This document shows, piece by piece, positions 1 through 9,900 of a DNA stretch of 64,000 nt. The translations under genes and the position numbers were made by a program. The stretch is from the NCBI GenBank assembly GCA_902467875.1, contig CABQWP010000001.1, forward strand, positions 41,266 to 105,265, given 5' to 3'. Origin of the DNA: an uncultured Collinsella sp. GTDB lineage: Bacteria > Actinomycetota > Coriobacteriia > Coriobacteriales > Coriobacteriaceae. Under the pieces are notes generated by a model. The model saw only the letters and a list, made by a program, of their open reading frames with translations, did no database searches and was not told the DNA's origin. Each line of letters starts with the position of its first letter. Within the stretch, counting starts at the first letter, position 1.

Positions 1-28
1 CTACCCCGTGATCTTCTCGATCGAGTAG
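1..28 (+). CDS. 3' end of probable DAK2-domain (FakA/YloV-like) protein, partial
   Basis: Reads YPVIFSIE* immediately upstream of recG. This resembles the C-terminus of YloV/FakA proteins, which often precede recG. Confidence 0.55.
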
Positions 29-38
29 GCATCTGCCC

Positions 39-2216
39 ATGTCCGAGCTGTGCTCCGTGCCGCGCGTCTCGGAGCGCTTTGCCCAGAGCAATGCGCTCGA
101 CGAGGATATCGCGCGACTCAAATATGTTTCGGGTAAACGTGAGGAGGCCCTTCGCCGTCTGGGAATTCGGACGGTGGGGGACCTCCTTCTCCATATCCCT
201 CACCGATATCTCGACTTTACGCGCTCCTGGTCCATTGAGATGGCTCCCATCGGTACCGTGTGCACGATTGTCGCCACGGTCGATCGTGTCGTCCAAAAGC
301 AGCCCCGCCCGCGTATGCAGGTGACCGAGGTCTCGCTGGTGGACGAGACGGGCGTGCTGCAAGTCGCCTTTTTCCGTCAGCCCTGGATTGCCCAGCAGTT
401 TAAGCAGGGCGACCGCCTGGCCGTGATGGGTAAGGTCGAGTTTGCCTACGGCTTTAAGCAGATGGCCTCGCCGCACTTTGAAAAGCTCGAGGACGGGCGT
501 GCCGCGGGCACCATTCTGCCGGTCCATTACGTGAGCGATGGTGTGAGCCAGGCGTGGATGCGCCGCATCGTTAGCGGCGCGCTCGAGGCTGTCGGCAATC
601 CCTTCGACCCGATTCCTGCGCGCTTACGCGTCAAGCGCCGCCTGATGAGCAATGCCCGTGCGTTGCGCTCGATCCACTTTCCTTCGAGTATGGCCGAGCG
701 CGATATCGCGCGCCGGCGTCTTGCCTACGAGGAGTGTCTCTGCTTGCAGCTCGCACTGCGTCTGCGCAACGATGGCGGCTTGGTCGAGGTGGTTCCCTAC
801 GCCCACGTCGCGGGCGAGCACTTGGCCGCGCTTAGGCAGGCCCTGCCGTTTTTGCTGAGCGACGAGCAGGAGGCCGCGTTCCAAGACATTCTGCACGACA
901 TGTGCGATGGCGGGCGCGTGATGAACCGTCTGCTGCTGGGCGATGTCGGTACCGGCAAGACCGCCGTTGCCGCCTGCGCGCTGGCTGTGGCTGCCGATAG
1001 CGGCACGCAGGCCTGCGTTATGGCGCCCACGGGCGTGTTGGCGCGCCAATATGCCGATAAGACCGGCCCTCTGCTCTCGCAGGCCGGCATGTCCTGGGCG
1101 CTTCTGACGGGTGCCACGCCGGCCGCAGAGCGCGAGCGCATCCATGCACAGCTGGAATCGGGCGAGCTCGACGTCCTCTTTGGCACCCACGCGGTCCTTT
1201 CGGATGACGTTACGTTCAAGCATCTGTCGCTCGTGGTCATCGATGAGCAGCACCGGTTTGGCGTCGGCCAACGCAACGCCCTGCGCGCGAAGGGCCCCGG
1301 TGCCGATCTGCTCGTTATGACGGCAACGCCCATCCCGCGTACGCTGGCGCTTTCGGTCTACGGCGATCTGGATACGAGCATCATCCGCCACCGGCCTGTT
1401 CCGGGTGCCGGTGTGACGACGTGTGTTCTCACCGAGTCGAGCCGTGACCTCGCCTATGGAGTCATCCGCGAGGCACATGACAAGGGTCAGCAGGCCTACG
1501 TGATTTGCCCGCTCGTGGAGCCGAGTGACTCGGCCGATGAGCTGGAAGACGTGCCCGGTATTGCCCGCGACGATGAGGGCCGCGTAACCGTCCCCGTGCC
1601 GCTGCACGATACGGCGACCGAGCTCGATCGCCTGCGTTTGGCGTTGCCGGGTCTTGCCATCGAGCGCCTTCACGGCCGTATGCCAGCGGGGGAGAAGGAC
1701 CAGGTTATCGATGCCTTTAAGCGTGGCGAGATTGACGTGCTCGTCTCGACTACGGTGGTCGAGGTGGGCGTCGACGTGCCCAACGCCACCGTCATGGTCA
1801 TCGAGAACGGCGAGCGCTTTGGTTTGGCTGCCCTGCACCAGCTGCGCGGTCGCGTGGGCCGTGGCAGCGTGTCGGGCACGTGCCTGGTCATGACACACTC
1901 CAAGGGCAACGGCGGCGCATCGGCGGCACAAGACCGTCTCCAGTCGCTCGAAAAGACCTCGGACGGCTTTACGCTCGCCCAGATGGACCTGCGCCTGCGC
2001 CATGAAGGCGAGATCCTGGGTTATCGCCAGCATGGTGGTGTGACCCTGCGCTTTGTCGACCTGGACGCCGACGAGGAGCTGATCGAGTGGGCCCATTTGG
2101 ACGCGGTCGAGCTCTTGCGGTATGCTTGCAACCTTGACTCTGTGGCGACGCGTCCCTTGCGCGACGCGGTCGCCATGCGTTATCGACATATCTTTAAGGA
2201 GGTCAGCGGAGGATGA
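39..2216 (+). CDS. recG: ATP-dependent DNA helicase RecG
   Basis: LLGDVGTGKT, IDEQHRFGV, MTATPIPRTL, QLRGRVGRG motifs; N-terminal wedge/OB region. Confidence 0.97.
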   Translation: MSELCSVPRVSERFAQSNALDEDIARLKYVSGKREEALRRLGIRTVGDLLLHIPHRYLDFTRSWSIEMAPIGTVCTIVATVDRVVQKQPRPRMQVTEVSLVDETGVLQVAFFRQPWIAQQFKQGDRLAVMGKVEFAYGFKQMASPHFEKLEDGRAAGTILPVHYVSDGVSQAWMRRIVSGALEAVGNPFDPIPARLRVKRRLMSNARALRSIHFPSSMAERDIARRRLAYEECLCLQLALRLRNDGGLVEVVPYAHVAGEHLAALRQALPFLLSDEQEAAFQDILHDMCDGGRVMNRLLLGDVGTGKTAVAACALAVAADSGTQACVMAPTGVLARQYADKTGPLLSQAGMSWALLTGATPAAERERIHAQLESGELDVLFGTHAVLSDDVTFKHLSLVVIDEQHRFGVGQRNALRAKGPGADLLVMTATPIPRTLALSVYGDLDTSIIRHRPVPGAGVTTCVLTESSRDLAYGVIREAHDKGQQAYVICPLVEPSDSADELEDVPGIARDDEGRVTVPVPLHDTATELDRLRLALPGLAIERLHGRMPAGEKDQVIDAFKRGEIDVLVSTTVVEVGVDVPNATVMVIENGERFGLAALHQLRGRVGRGSVSGTCLVMTHSKGNGGASAAQDRLQSLEKTSDGFTLAQMDLRLRHEGEILGYRQHGGVTLRFVDLDADEELIEWAHLDAVELLRYACNLDSVATRPLRDAVAMRYRHIFKEVSGG

Positions 2217-2857
2217 GAATCATCGGCGGCGAATGGCGCGGTCGTAAGATCGAGGAGCCCCGTGGTCGCGATGTCACCCGCCCCACGACTGATCGCGTGC
2301 GCGAGGCGTGCGCATCTATGGTCATGTCGGCATTCGATTTCGATTTGGACGAGGTTCGTGTGTTGGACGCCTTTGGCGGCTCCGGTGCCTTAGGGTTAGA
2401 GATGCTCTCTCGTGGGGCCCGCTCGCTCACGACGTTTGAGATCGATCGCAACGCCGCGCGGCTCATTACCAAGAATATCGAGTCGCTCTGCCGTGACCGT
2501 GCGCGTTGGCGTGTCGTCACCGGCGATGTGCTGGCGAGCGCCTCACGCGGTCGTGTACCGGGCGGCCCCTTTGATCTGGTCCTGCTCGACCCGCCCTATG
2601 CTTTTGGTGCCGAGCCAGTCGAGGAACTGCTGCAGAATCTGGCCCAGCAGGGTCTGCTTGCGTCTGGCGCTTACGCCCTGTTTGAGCATGCCGCCGCCGA
2701 TGCGGGCGCGCATCCGGCAGACTTTGAGACTGTACGTGAGAAGCGCTACGGCATTACCTCGGTCGACCTGCTCCGTTGGGTCGGCGATAGCAAGGACGGC
2801 GGCACTGATGCTAACGAAAATGACGAGGCAGTATCCCCGGAGGACGCCCATGAGTGA
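2213..2857 (+). CDS. rsmD: 16S rRNA m2G966 methyltransferase
   Basis: MRIIGG...RPTTDRVRE, LDAFGGSGALGLE, DPPY; recG-rsmD-coaD synteny. Confidence 0.93.
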   Translation: MRIIGGEWRGRKIEEPRGRDVTRPTTDRVREACASMVMSAFDFDLDEVRVLDAFGGSGALGLEMLSRGARSLTTFEIDRNAARLITKNIESLCRDRARWRVVTGDVLASASRGRVPGGPFDLVLLDPPYAFGAEPVEELLQNLAQQGLLASGAYALFEHAAADAGAHPADFETVREKRYGITSVDLLRWVGDSKDGGTDANENDEAVSPEDAHE

Positions 2858-3347
2858 CACGATTAATCGCGTGATCGTCCCGGGCACCTTCGATCCCATC
2901 ACGTTTGGCCATATCGATGTGATCCGCCGCGCCCGCCGCATCTTTCCCAGCGTGATCGTCGCTGTTGCCGAGTCGCAGGGTAAAAACGGTGTGGGCACCA
3001 CGTTTATGCTCGATGAGCGCGTGGCGCTGGCCCGCGAGGCGCTCGGTGATATCGACGGCGTCGAGGTCCTGCCCTTTACCGGCCTCTTGGTCGACTTCGC
3101 TCGTGAGCAGGGGGCGGGGGCCGTGGTCAAGGGTCTGCGCGCCATGACCGACTTTGAGTATGAGCTGCAGCAGGCCGACCTTAACTATCGCCTGGATAGC
3201 GAGCTGGAGTCCATCTTTGTCATGAGTGCGCCGCAGTACGGCTATATCTCGAGCTCGGTCGTTCGCCAGATCGCCTCGCTCGGCAGTGACGTATCGACGT
3301 TTGTCCCGTCCAACGTGGTCGAAGCGCTCAAACATCGCTTTTCGTGA
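2850..3347 (+). CDS. coaD: Phosphopantetheine adenylyltransferase
   Basis: PGTFDPITFGHIDV, KGLRAMTDFEYE, ISSSVVR. ATG at 2850 overlaps the rsmD end. Confidence 0.96.
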   Translation: MSDTINRVIVPGTFDPITFGHIDVIRRARRIFPSVIVAVAESQGKNGVGTTFMLDERVALAREALGDIDGVEVLPFTGLLVDFAREQGAGAVVKGLRAMTDFEYELQQADLNYRLDSELESIFVMSAPQYGYISSSVVRQIASLGSDVSTFVPSNVVEALKHRFS

Positions 3348-3415
3348 CGTTTCTTATTGCCTGGTGGCATGTGGTAAACTAGCACGATGATATGTTACCT
3401 ATGAAAGGAGACCGG

Positions 3416-3947
3416 ATGCCGGGCGAGAATTTTCCTGGCGATAGGATCGTCAGCTTGGTCGATGAGCTCGAAGGGCTGATCGAGGAAGCCAAGCCGCCTT
3501 TCGGCAAGAACGCTCAGTTCAAGGTCATCGACGCCGACGTGTTCTTCAACATCCTCGACGAGATCCGCATGAGCTATCCCGAGGAGTGGCAGAAGTCCCG
3601 CCGTATCCTTAAGGAGCGCGAGGAGCTTATGGCTTTCCCCCCCCCCGTTGACCTTGGAGCTTATGGCTTCCGCCGCCGCTCAGGCCGATTCCATCATCGC
3701 CGACGCTCAGCAGCAGGCCCTCACCATTGCCGGTGAGCAGGAGATCGTCCGCCTTGCGCAGCAGCAGGCCGACGACATCCGCGATCGTGCCCAGCAGTAC
3801 GAGCGCGAGACGCGTTATGCTGCCGAGGACTACGCAGAGCAGGTCTTTACGCACTTGGAGGAGAACCTCAAGAGCCTGACCGGCACCGTTACCCGTTGCC
3901 GTCAGCAGCTCAACGAGGGTGCCGCCCAGCAGAATGGTCAGTGGTAA
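3416..3947 (+). CDS. Coiled-coil DivIVA/ATPase-subunit-like protein, apparent frameshift at 3622-3669
   Basis: N-half (LVDELEGLIEEAK...LDEIRMSYPEE) and C-half (MASAAAQADSIIADAQQQA...YAEQVF) lie in different frames and are joined by a 34-bp duplication containing a C10 run. Typical coaD-X-yceD position. Confidence 0.7.
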
Positions 3948-4501
3948 TGGCTGAGTTCCCGAGCGTTACCGTCGATCTTTCCGAGCAGCTCGAGTTTCCT
4001 GGAGATTCGTATCCGCTGACCGGTAAGGTCGATGTCGCCACCTACACGGTGGGCGAGAAGGAGTACCAGCTACAGGACGGCATCGACTACGACGTTGTCT
4101 TTACCAATGCCGGTACCGGTGTCTTGCTCACGGGCATGGTTCGCGCGCACGCCACCGGCGAGTGCGACCGTTGCCTGGAGCCCGCCTCGTTTGATATCGC
4201 CGGCGAGATCGAGGAGTTTTATCTCTTTGAGGTGCCCGAGGATCCCGAGGCCTACGAGGACGGCTATGAGCTTCTGGGTGAGGACCGCATCATCGATCTG
4301 GGTGAGCCCATCAATGACGCGGTCGTTATGGACACGCCGTTTGTGGTGCTCTGCAAGCCCGATTGCCGCGGTCTGTGCCCCACTTGCGGTCGCAATCTCA
4401 ACGTCGAGCAATGCGATTGCGCCGTCCAGGCAGAGGCAGAATGGGCCGCTGCCACGGAAAATCCATTTGCAGCATTGAAGAATCTCAAGCTCGATGAGTA
4501 A
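3947..4501 (+). CDS. yceD: DUF177/YceD metal-binding protein
   Basis: CDRCL and LCKPDCRGLCPTCG motifs, NPFAALKNLK tail; directly upstream of rpmF. Confidence 0.9.
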   Translation: MAEFPSVTVDLSEQLEFPGDSYPLTGKVDVATYTVGEKEYQLQDGIDYDVVFTNAGTGVLLTGMVRAHATGECDRCLEPASFDIAGEIEEFYLFEVPEDPEAYEDGYELLGEDRIIDLGEPINDAVVMDTPFVVLCKPDCRGLCPTCGRNLNVEQCDCAVQAEAEWAAATENPFAALKNLKLDE

Positions 4502-4565
4502 AACTGTGGTAGTATCGCTACTTGCGCGTAATCGCCTCACTGGATAGTTCATAAGGAAGGTCACT

Positions 4566-4745
4566 ATGCCCGTACCTAAACAAAAGCAGGGTCGTATCCG
4601 CACTCACACCCGTCGTTCCGCCAACATGAAGATCTCGGCTGCGGCTCAGTCCACGTGCCCCCGTTGCGGCGCTGTCAAGCTTCCGCACCACGTGTGCCCC
4701 AGCTGCGGTTTCTACAAGGACCGCGAGGTTATCGTTACCGAGTAA
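4566..4745 (+). CDS. rpmF: 50S ribosomal protein L32 (Zn-ribbon type), absent from the ORF track (59 aa)
   Basis: Hand translation MPVPKQKQGRIRTHTRRSANMKISAAAQSTCPRCGAVKLPHHVCPSCGFYKDREVIVTE*; RBS AAGGAAGG. Confidence 0.96.
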   Translation: MPVPKQKQGRIRTHTRRSANMKISAAAQSTCPRCGAVKLPHHVCPSCGFYKDREVIVTE

Positions 4746-4786
4746 CGGTATACTCTGGATGCGATGCCGTTCCAAATGGAACCACA

Positions 4787-4816
4787 ATGGCCGGCTCAAT
4801 GAGTCGGCCATTTTTG
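4787..4816 (+). terminator. Intrinsic terminator after rpmF
   Basis: AATGGCCGGCTCA/TGAGTCGGCCATT stem followed by a T run. Confidence 0.65.
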
Positions 4817-4832
4817 TATAAGGAGCATGTAT

Positions 4833-5852
4833 ATGAGTAACGTTCGCGTTTGTGTAGACGTTGTGGGCGGAGACGAGAAACCTCAGGTTGTTCTCGATGG
4901 TATCGAGGCTGCGCTTGCCGCCGATCCCGATATCGAGGTCTTGGCAGCTGGCCCCGCCGAAATCGTCAATCCCTTTGCCGCCTCCCATGCGCGCGTCGAG
5001 GCCCTGGAGGCACCCGACGTTATCGCCATGGATGACGATCCCATTCGCGCCGTGATGACCAAACGCAAGTCTTCGATCGTGCTGTCGTGCCGCGCCATCA
5101 AGAAGGGAAATGCGGACGCGTTCTTCTCTGCCGGTTCGACCGGTGCCATGACCGCCGCTGCCACCGCCTACGTGACGCCGTTTAGGTATCAGGCCGAAGG
5201 CAAAAAGCAGCCGGTGCGCCCCTGTCTGACCAATGCGCTGCCCAATCGCGCCGGCGGTCTGACGGTGCTGTGCGATATGGGCGCCAACCCCGATGTCGAG
5301 GTCGATGACATGGTGCGTTTTGCCCAGATGGGTAGCGCCTATGCCCGCGTCGTCCTGGGAATCGAGCATCCCCGCGTGGGCCTGCTTGCCAACGGCACCG
5401 AGGACGAGAAGGGCTCCAACTTTACCAAGGCCTGCTTCCCGGCCATGAAAGCCGCCGTTCCCGGCTTTGTTGGTAACTGCGAGGGAACGGACATCACCTC
5501 AGGTAACTTCGATGTCGTCGTTGCCGATGGCATGTCGGGCAATATTGCGCTCAAGGCCACCGAGGGCGCTGCCAAGTTTTTGCTGCAGGAGCTCAAGGGT
5601 GTCTTTATGTCTTCGCTCGGCACCAAGATTGCCGCGCTGCTCATCAAAAAGCAAATGCGCGAGATTAAAGCCAAACTTTCGGGCGACGCCAAGGGCGGCG
5701 CGATTCTTTTGGGCCTGCGCGGCGTGGTCCTGATCGGCCATGGTGCCACCTCGGTTGAGGCTGTCAAAAACGGTACGCTCGCGGCGGCCGAAGCCGTGCG
5801 CGCCGGGCTGGTCGAGAATGTCGCCAACTCTATGGACGGTATCGTTTTATAA
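4833..5852 (+). CDS. plsX: Phosphate acyltransferase PlsX
   Basis: VDVVGGD, SAGSTGA, DMGANPD, GNIALKATEG, GAILLGLRGVVLIGHG. Confidence 0.95.
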   Translation: MSNVRVCVDVVGGDEKPQVVLDGIEAALAADPDIEVLAAGPAEIVNPFAASHARVEALEAPDVIAMDDDPIRAVMTKRKSSIVLSCRAIKKGNADAFFSAGSTGAMTAAATAYVTPFRYQAEGKKQPVRPCLTNALPNRAGGLTVLCDMGANPDVEVDDMVRFAQMGSAYARVVLGIEHPRVGLLANGTEDEKGSNFTKACFPAMKAAVPGFVGNCEGTDITSGNFDVVVADGMSGNIALKATEGAAKFLLQELKGVFMSSLGTKIAALLIKKQMREIKAKLSGDAKGGAILLGLRGVVLIGHGATSVEAVKNGTLAAAEAVRAGLVENVANSMDGIVL

Positions 5853-5976
5853 GAGCGAGTTAGAGCGCTGTTATGTGCTTCGCGGTGCACGTCGTGGGGT
5901 AGAATCAGAACCGTGTCTTGGTACCGCCCGGGCGGTACCATTCTTTTGGTATTCATGCACTATGAGAGGAAGCGCT

Positions 5977-6219
5977 ATGGACCGCTCCGAAATCTTCGAC
6001 AAGATCGCCGAGGTCGCTGCTGACGTTCTGGGCGTCGATGTTGCCGAAATTAGCGAGGAGACCACCTTTGACGACCTCGATGCCAACTCGCTCGAGCGCC
6101 TGCAGCTGGTTACGGCTATCGAGGACGAGTTCAACCTCGAGATCGATGACGAGACCCTGCTCTCGCTCAACTCTGTCGCCGACGCCGTCGACGCTATCGA
6201 AGCTGCCAAGGAGGCCTAA
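5977..6219 (+). CDS. acpP: Acyl carrier protein
   Basis: Small acidic 80-aa protein with DLDANSLE (Ser attachment site) and IEDEFNLEIDD; between plsX and rnc. Confidence 0.9.
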   Translation: MDRSEIFDKIAEVAADVLGVDVAEISEETTFDDLDANSLERLQLVTAIEDEFNLEIDDETLLSLNSVADAVDAIEAAKEA

Positions 6220-6222
6220 GTC

Positions 6223-6948
6223 TTGGCTTTATCCGACCGACTTACGCGCGCCCAGGAAATCCTGGGCCACGAGTTCAACAATAAGGTGCTGCTGCGCGCG
6301 GCGCTTACGCATCCCTCGGCAGTCGAGGGCCAGCCGGTTTCTGCCAGCTATGAGCGCCTTGAGTTCTTGGGCGATTCCATTTTGGGCGCTGTGGTCGCAC
6401 GCTCCCTGTTTGAGTCCTATCCGGAGTTTGACGAGGGCAAGCTCACGCGCTTGAAGGTGTCGCTTGTCTCGGGCGCTACGCTGTCCGAGGTTTCTCACGA
6501 GCTGGGCATCGACGACATCATCATCTTTGGTGCCTCCGAGACCGGTACCGGTGCGCGCGGCCTGCATTCGGCCCTCGAGAACGTCTATGAGTCGCTCGTG
6601 GGCGCGCTGTACCTGGATGCCGGCTGGGACGTTGCGGCGGAGTTCATTCACCGTACGCTTAAGCCGCATTTGGCTTCCGAGCGTGCCGAGCATCCTGCGA
6701 ACCCCAAGTCGTTTTTGCAGGAGTGCGTGCAAGCCGACGGTCACGAACCTCCGGCGTACAAGCTCGTTGGCTCCGAGGGCCCGGCGCATGCGCCCACCTT
6801 TACCGCTGTGGTTTTGATCGATGGTATTCGCCAAGGTCGCGGCTCCGGCTCCTCAAAGAAGGAAGCCGAGGGAGCCGCCGCGCTCGAAGCGCTCGACCGC
6901 ATGGGTTACACCACCAACGGCGTGATTCTGAACAAGAAGCACGTGTAA
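6223..6948 (+). CDS. rnc: Ribonuclease III
   Basis: ERLEFLGDSIL signature, ESLVGALYLD, C-terminal dsRBD (GSSKKEAE). Confidence 0.96.
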   Translation: MALSDRLTRAQEILGHEFNNKVLLRAALTHPSAVEGQPVSASYERLEFLGDSILGAVVARSLFESYPEFDEGKLTRLKVSLVSGATLSEVSHELGIDDIIIFGASETGTGARGLHSALENVYESLVGALYLDAGWDVAAEFIHRTLKPHLASERAEHPANPKSFLQECVQADGHEPPAYKLVGSEGPAHAPTFTAVVLIDGIRQGRGSGSSKKEAEGAAALEALDRMGYTTNGVILNKKHV

Positions 6949-6958
6949 GCGAGGAACC

Positions 6959-9900
6959 GTGTATCTCAAGTCCCTCACGCTCAAAGGGTTCAAGTCGTTT
7001 GCCGACCGCGCCCATATGACGTTTGAGCCGGGTCTGACCGTCATCGTCGGTCCCAACGGCTCGGGAAAATCGAACATCTCCGACTCGATTCTGTGGGTCC
7101 TGGGCGAGCAGAGCGCCAAGCAGCTGCGCGGCCAGGCCATGGAGGATGTCATCTTCTCGGGCTCGTCGGCTCGCAAGCCGGGGGGGGGGGCCGAGGTCAC
7201 GCTGGTGCTCGATAATTCGGATCATATGCTGCCCGTCGATTTTGACGAGGTCGCCATCACCCGTCGCATGTATCGCTCGGGCGAAAGCGAGTACCTCATC
7301 AATTCGAGCCCGTGCCGCCTGATGGACATTCAGGACATCCTGCACGATTCCGGCCTAGGCAAGGATACGCATTCCATCATCAGCCAGGGCAAGCTCGACG
7401 CCATTTTGCAGAGCCGCCCCGAGGAGCGCCGCGCCCTCATCGAGGAGGCCGCCGGCATCTCCAAGCACAAGCGCCGCAAGGAGCGTGCGCTCAAAAAGAT
7501 TAAGTCAATGGACGAGCACCTGACGCGTGCTCGCGACATCAATAAGGAAATCGCCCGTCAGCTGCGACCGTTGGAGCGTCAGGTCGATCGCGCGCGCAAG
7601 TACAAAGAGCTGTCCTCGCGCGCGAACGAGCTTACGCAGATGCTAGCCGTCGATGAGCTGCGTTCGCTGCAGTCGCAGTGGAACGACCTGGAGAGCCGCT
7701 CCAAGGAGGGCGCGGCCGAGCTGGAGCTTGCGCAGTACCGCTTGGGCGAAAAGGAGCGTGAGCTCGAGAAGCTCCAGGTTATGCTCGAGGAAAAAGGCCT
7801 GTTTGTGGGCGACTTGGGCGAGCAGCGCCGCCATATGCAAGACGTGGTCGGCCGCATTAACTCCGACATGCGCCTGCTCGAGGAAAAGGGCCACAACATG
7901 GTGTCGCGCCTGTCTGACATGCGCGGGCAGATTTCGAGTTCCGAGCATCAGCGTCGTCGCGTGGTCGAGGAGCTCGAGGACGCGCGTGCGCAGCTTGAGG
8001 AAGTGACCGGCGCGCATATGCAGGCCCAGGAGGACGTTGACGCCGCTGGTCCTGCCGCCGCTGAGCTCCACGAGCGGCGCGTGGCGCTCGACAATCAGAT
8101 TTCGCAGCTTACGCGTGAGCAACGCGATGTGCAGCGCGTGGCCGATAACGCCGCGCTCGAGCTCGCCAAGGTGAAGGATTCGCTTTCCAATGCCGAGGTC
8201 GAGGACAACATGTATGCCTCGCGCCTGGAGCAGATCGATGAACAGCTCGAGGAGGTCACGGCCTCGCTCGAGAGCCGTCGCGACCGCGCCGAGGAGCTTG
8301 AGGGCGCTCTTGAGGAAGCGCGCCGGGCTCAGGTCGATGCGCGTGAGGCCACCGAGACGGCACGCGCGGCCCTGAAGGACCTGCGTGCCCGCGAGAGCGA
8401 GGCGCGCAACAAGCTGTCCGAGGTGCGCTCGGAGCTTGCCAGCCAAAAGAAGTTTGATGCCCGCATGGCCGACAGCTCGCCGCTCGTGAGCCGTCTGGTG
8501 GGTGCGTTGGGCGACGATGTCTCGGGTCGTCTGGGCGACGTGCTCGAGGCCCCGCGCGAGCTTGAGGGCCTGGTGGAGCAGCTACTTGCCGGCGATATCG
8601 ATGCCCTGTTATTTGATGACGCCGCCGCGCTTGAGCGTGCCGGTCGTGCGGCTCTGGACCAAAAGAAGGCCTCGGGTGAGGCGCTGCTGGTGGCGCGCGG
8701 CGTGAGCGGCTCTGCTGCCGCCGAGGGCGCTGCCGGTTCGCGTCTGGTCGATCGCCTTTCCGTGCGTGCCGGTTATGGCCCGATTGTCGAGGCGCTTGTC
8801 GGTGGCTATTACGTGGTCGATGACTTGGCTGCCGCGCTGGCTGCGCCTGTCGTTGACGGTGTGACCTATGTGACCCCCGATGGCGTCCGCGTAAGCTGTG
8901 GCGGCCTTGTGCGCGTGGGCCTCGATGCCGGCGAGGCGTCGGGTGCCCTGGAGCGCAAGCGTCGCATTCGCGAGCTGGAGGGCTTGGAGCCCGATTTGGC
9001 TGCCGTGTTTGAGCATGTGTCGGATCAGGTCGTCGAGGCCAATGCGGCCGTTGAGGAAGCGCGTGCCGCTGAGGGCGATGCCGCCGGCGAGATCGCCCGT
9101 CTTGAGGGCGAGCGCCGCTCGTTGCTCTCCGAGATCGGCCGCTTGGAGCAAAGCGCCAACAATGCCGAGGTCGAGCGCGTGCGCATCTCCAAGCGCCGCG
9201 AGCAGGCCTCCGAAGCCGTTCGCGCTGCGCGTCCGCGCGTTGACGAGCTCACCCGTTCGCGTGACGAGGCCCGCGCGCAGGCAAGCGATCTGGGCTTGCA
9301 GATTTCCGAGGCCAACGACGAACTCGACCGCGTTCGCCGTGACGATTCCGAGGCTGCCGGCAAGCTCGCCGACGCCAAGGTTCGCCTAGCCCAGACGAGC
9401 GAACGCCTGCGTTCGCTGAAGGGCCGCGTGCCCGACCTTGAGCATCGTCTTGAGGGCATCGACCGTCGTATCCGCGGAACACGCCAGGCCTCGCGCTCGC
9501 TCGAGCTGCTGCGCCTGCGCGTCGATCCCATGCACGAACGCTATTCTGCCCTGTTGGAACGCGCGTCGGATTGGGCAGCGCGCCTGCGTGACCAGGCCTC
9601 TCTGGAGGAGGCGGACTCCGCTTCGCTCAAGAAGACCATCGAGGATGCCAAGGCAGAGGTTGCCCGCGCTAAGGAGCGAGTCGATACCGCCTCCGCCACG
9701 CAAAACGAGTTCAAGGTCGCGCGTGGCAAGCTCGAGGTGCAGGTCGAGGCTGCCATCAAGGCCATTACCGCCGATGGCACGACGGTGCTCGAGGAAGCGC
9801 TCATGCTTCCTGCTCCTACCGACCGCGATGCCGCCGAGCGCGAACTCAACCAGCTTGTGCGCCAGATCAACAACCTTGGTCCCGTTAACCAAGTTGCCAT

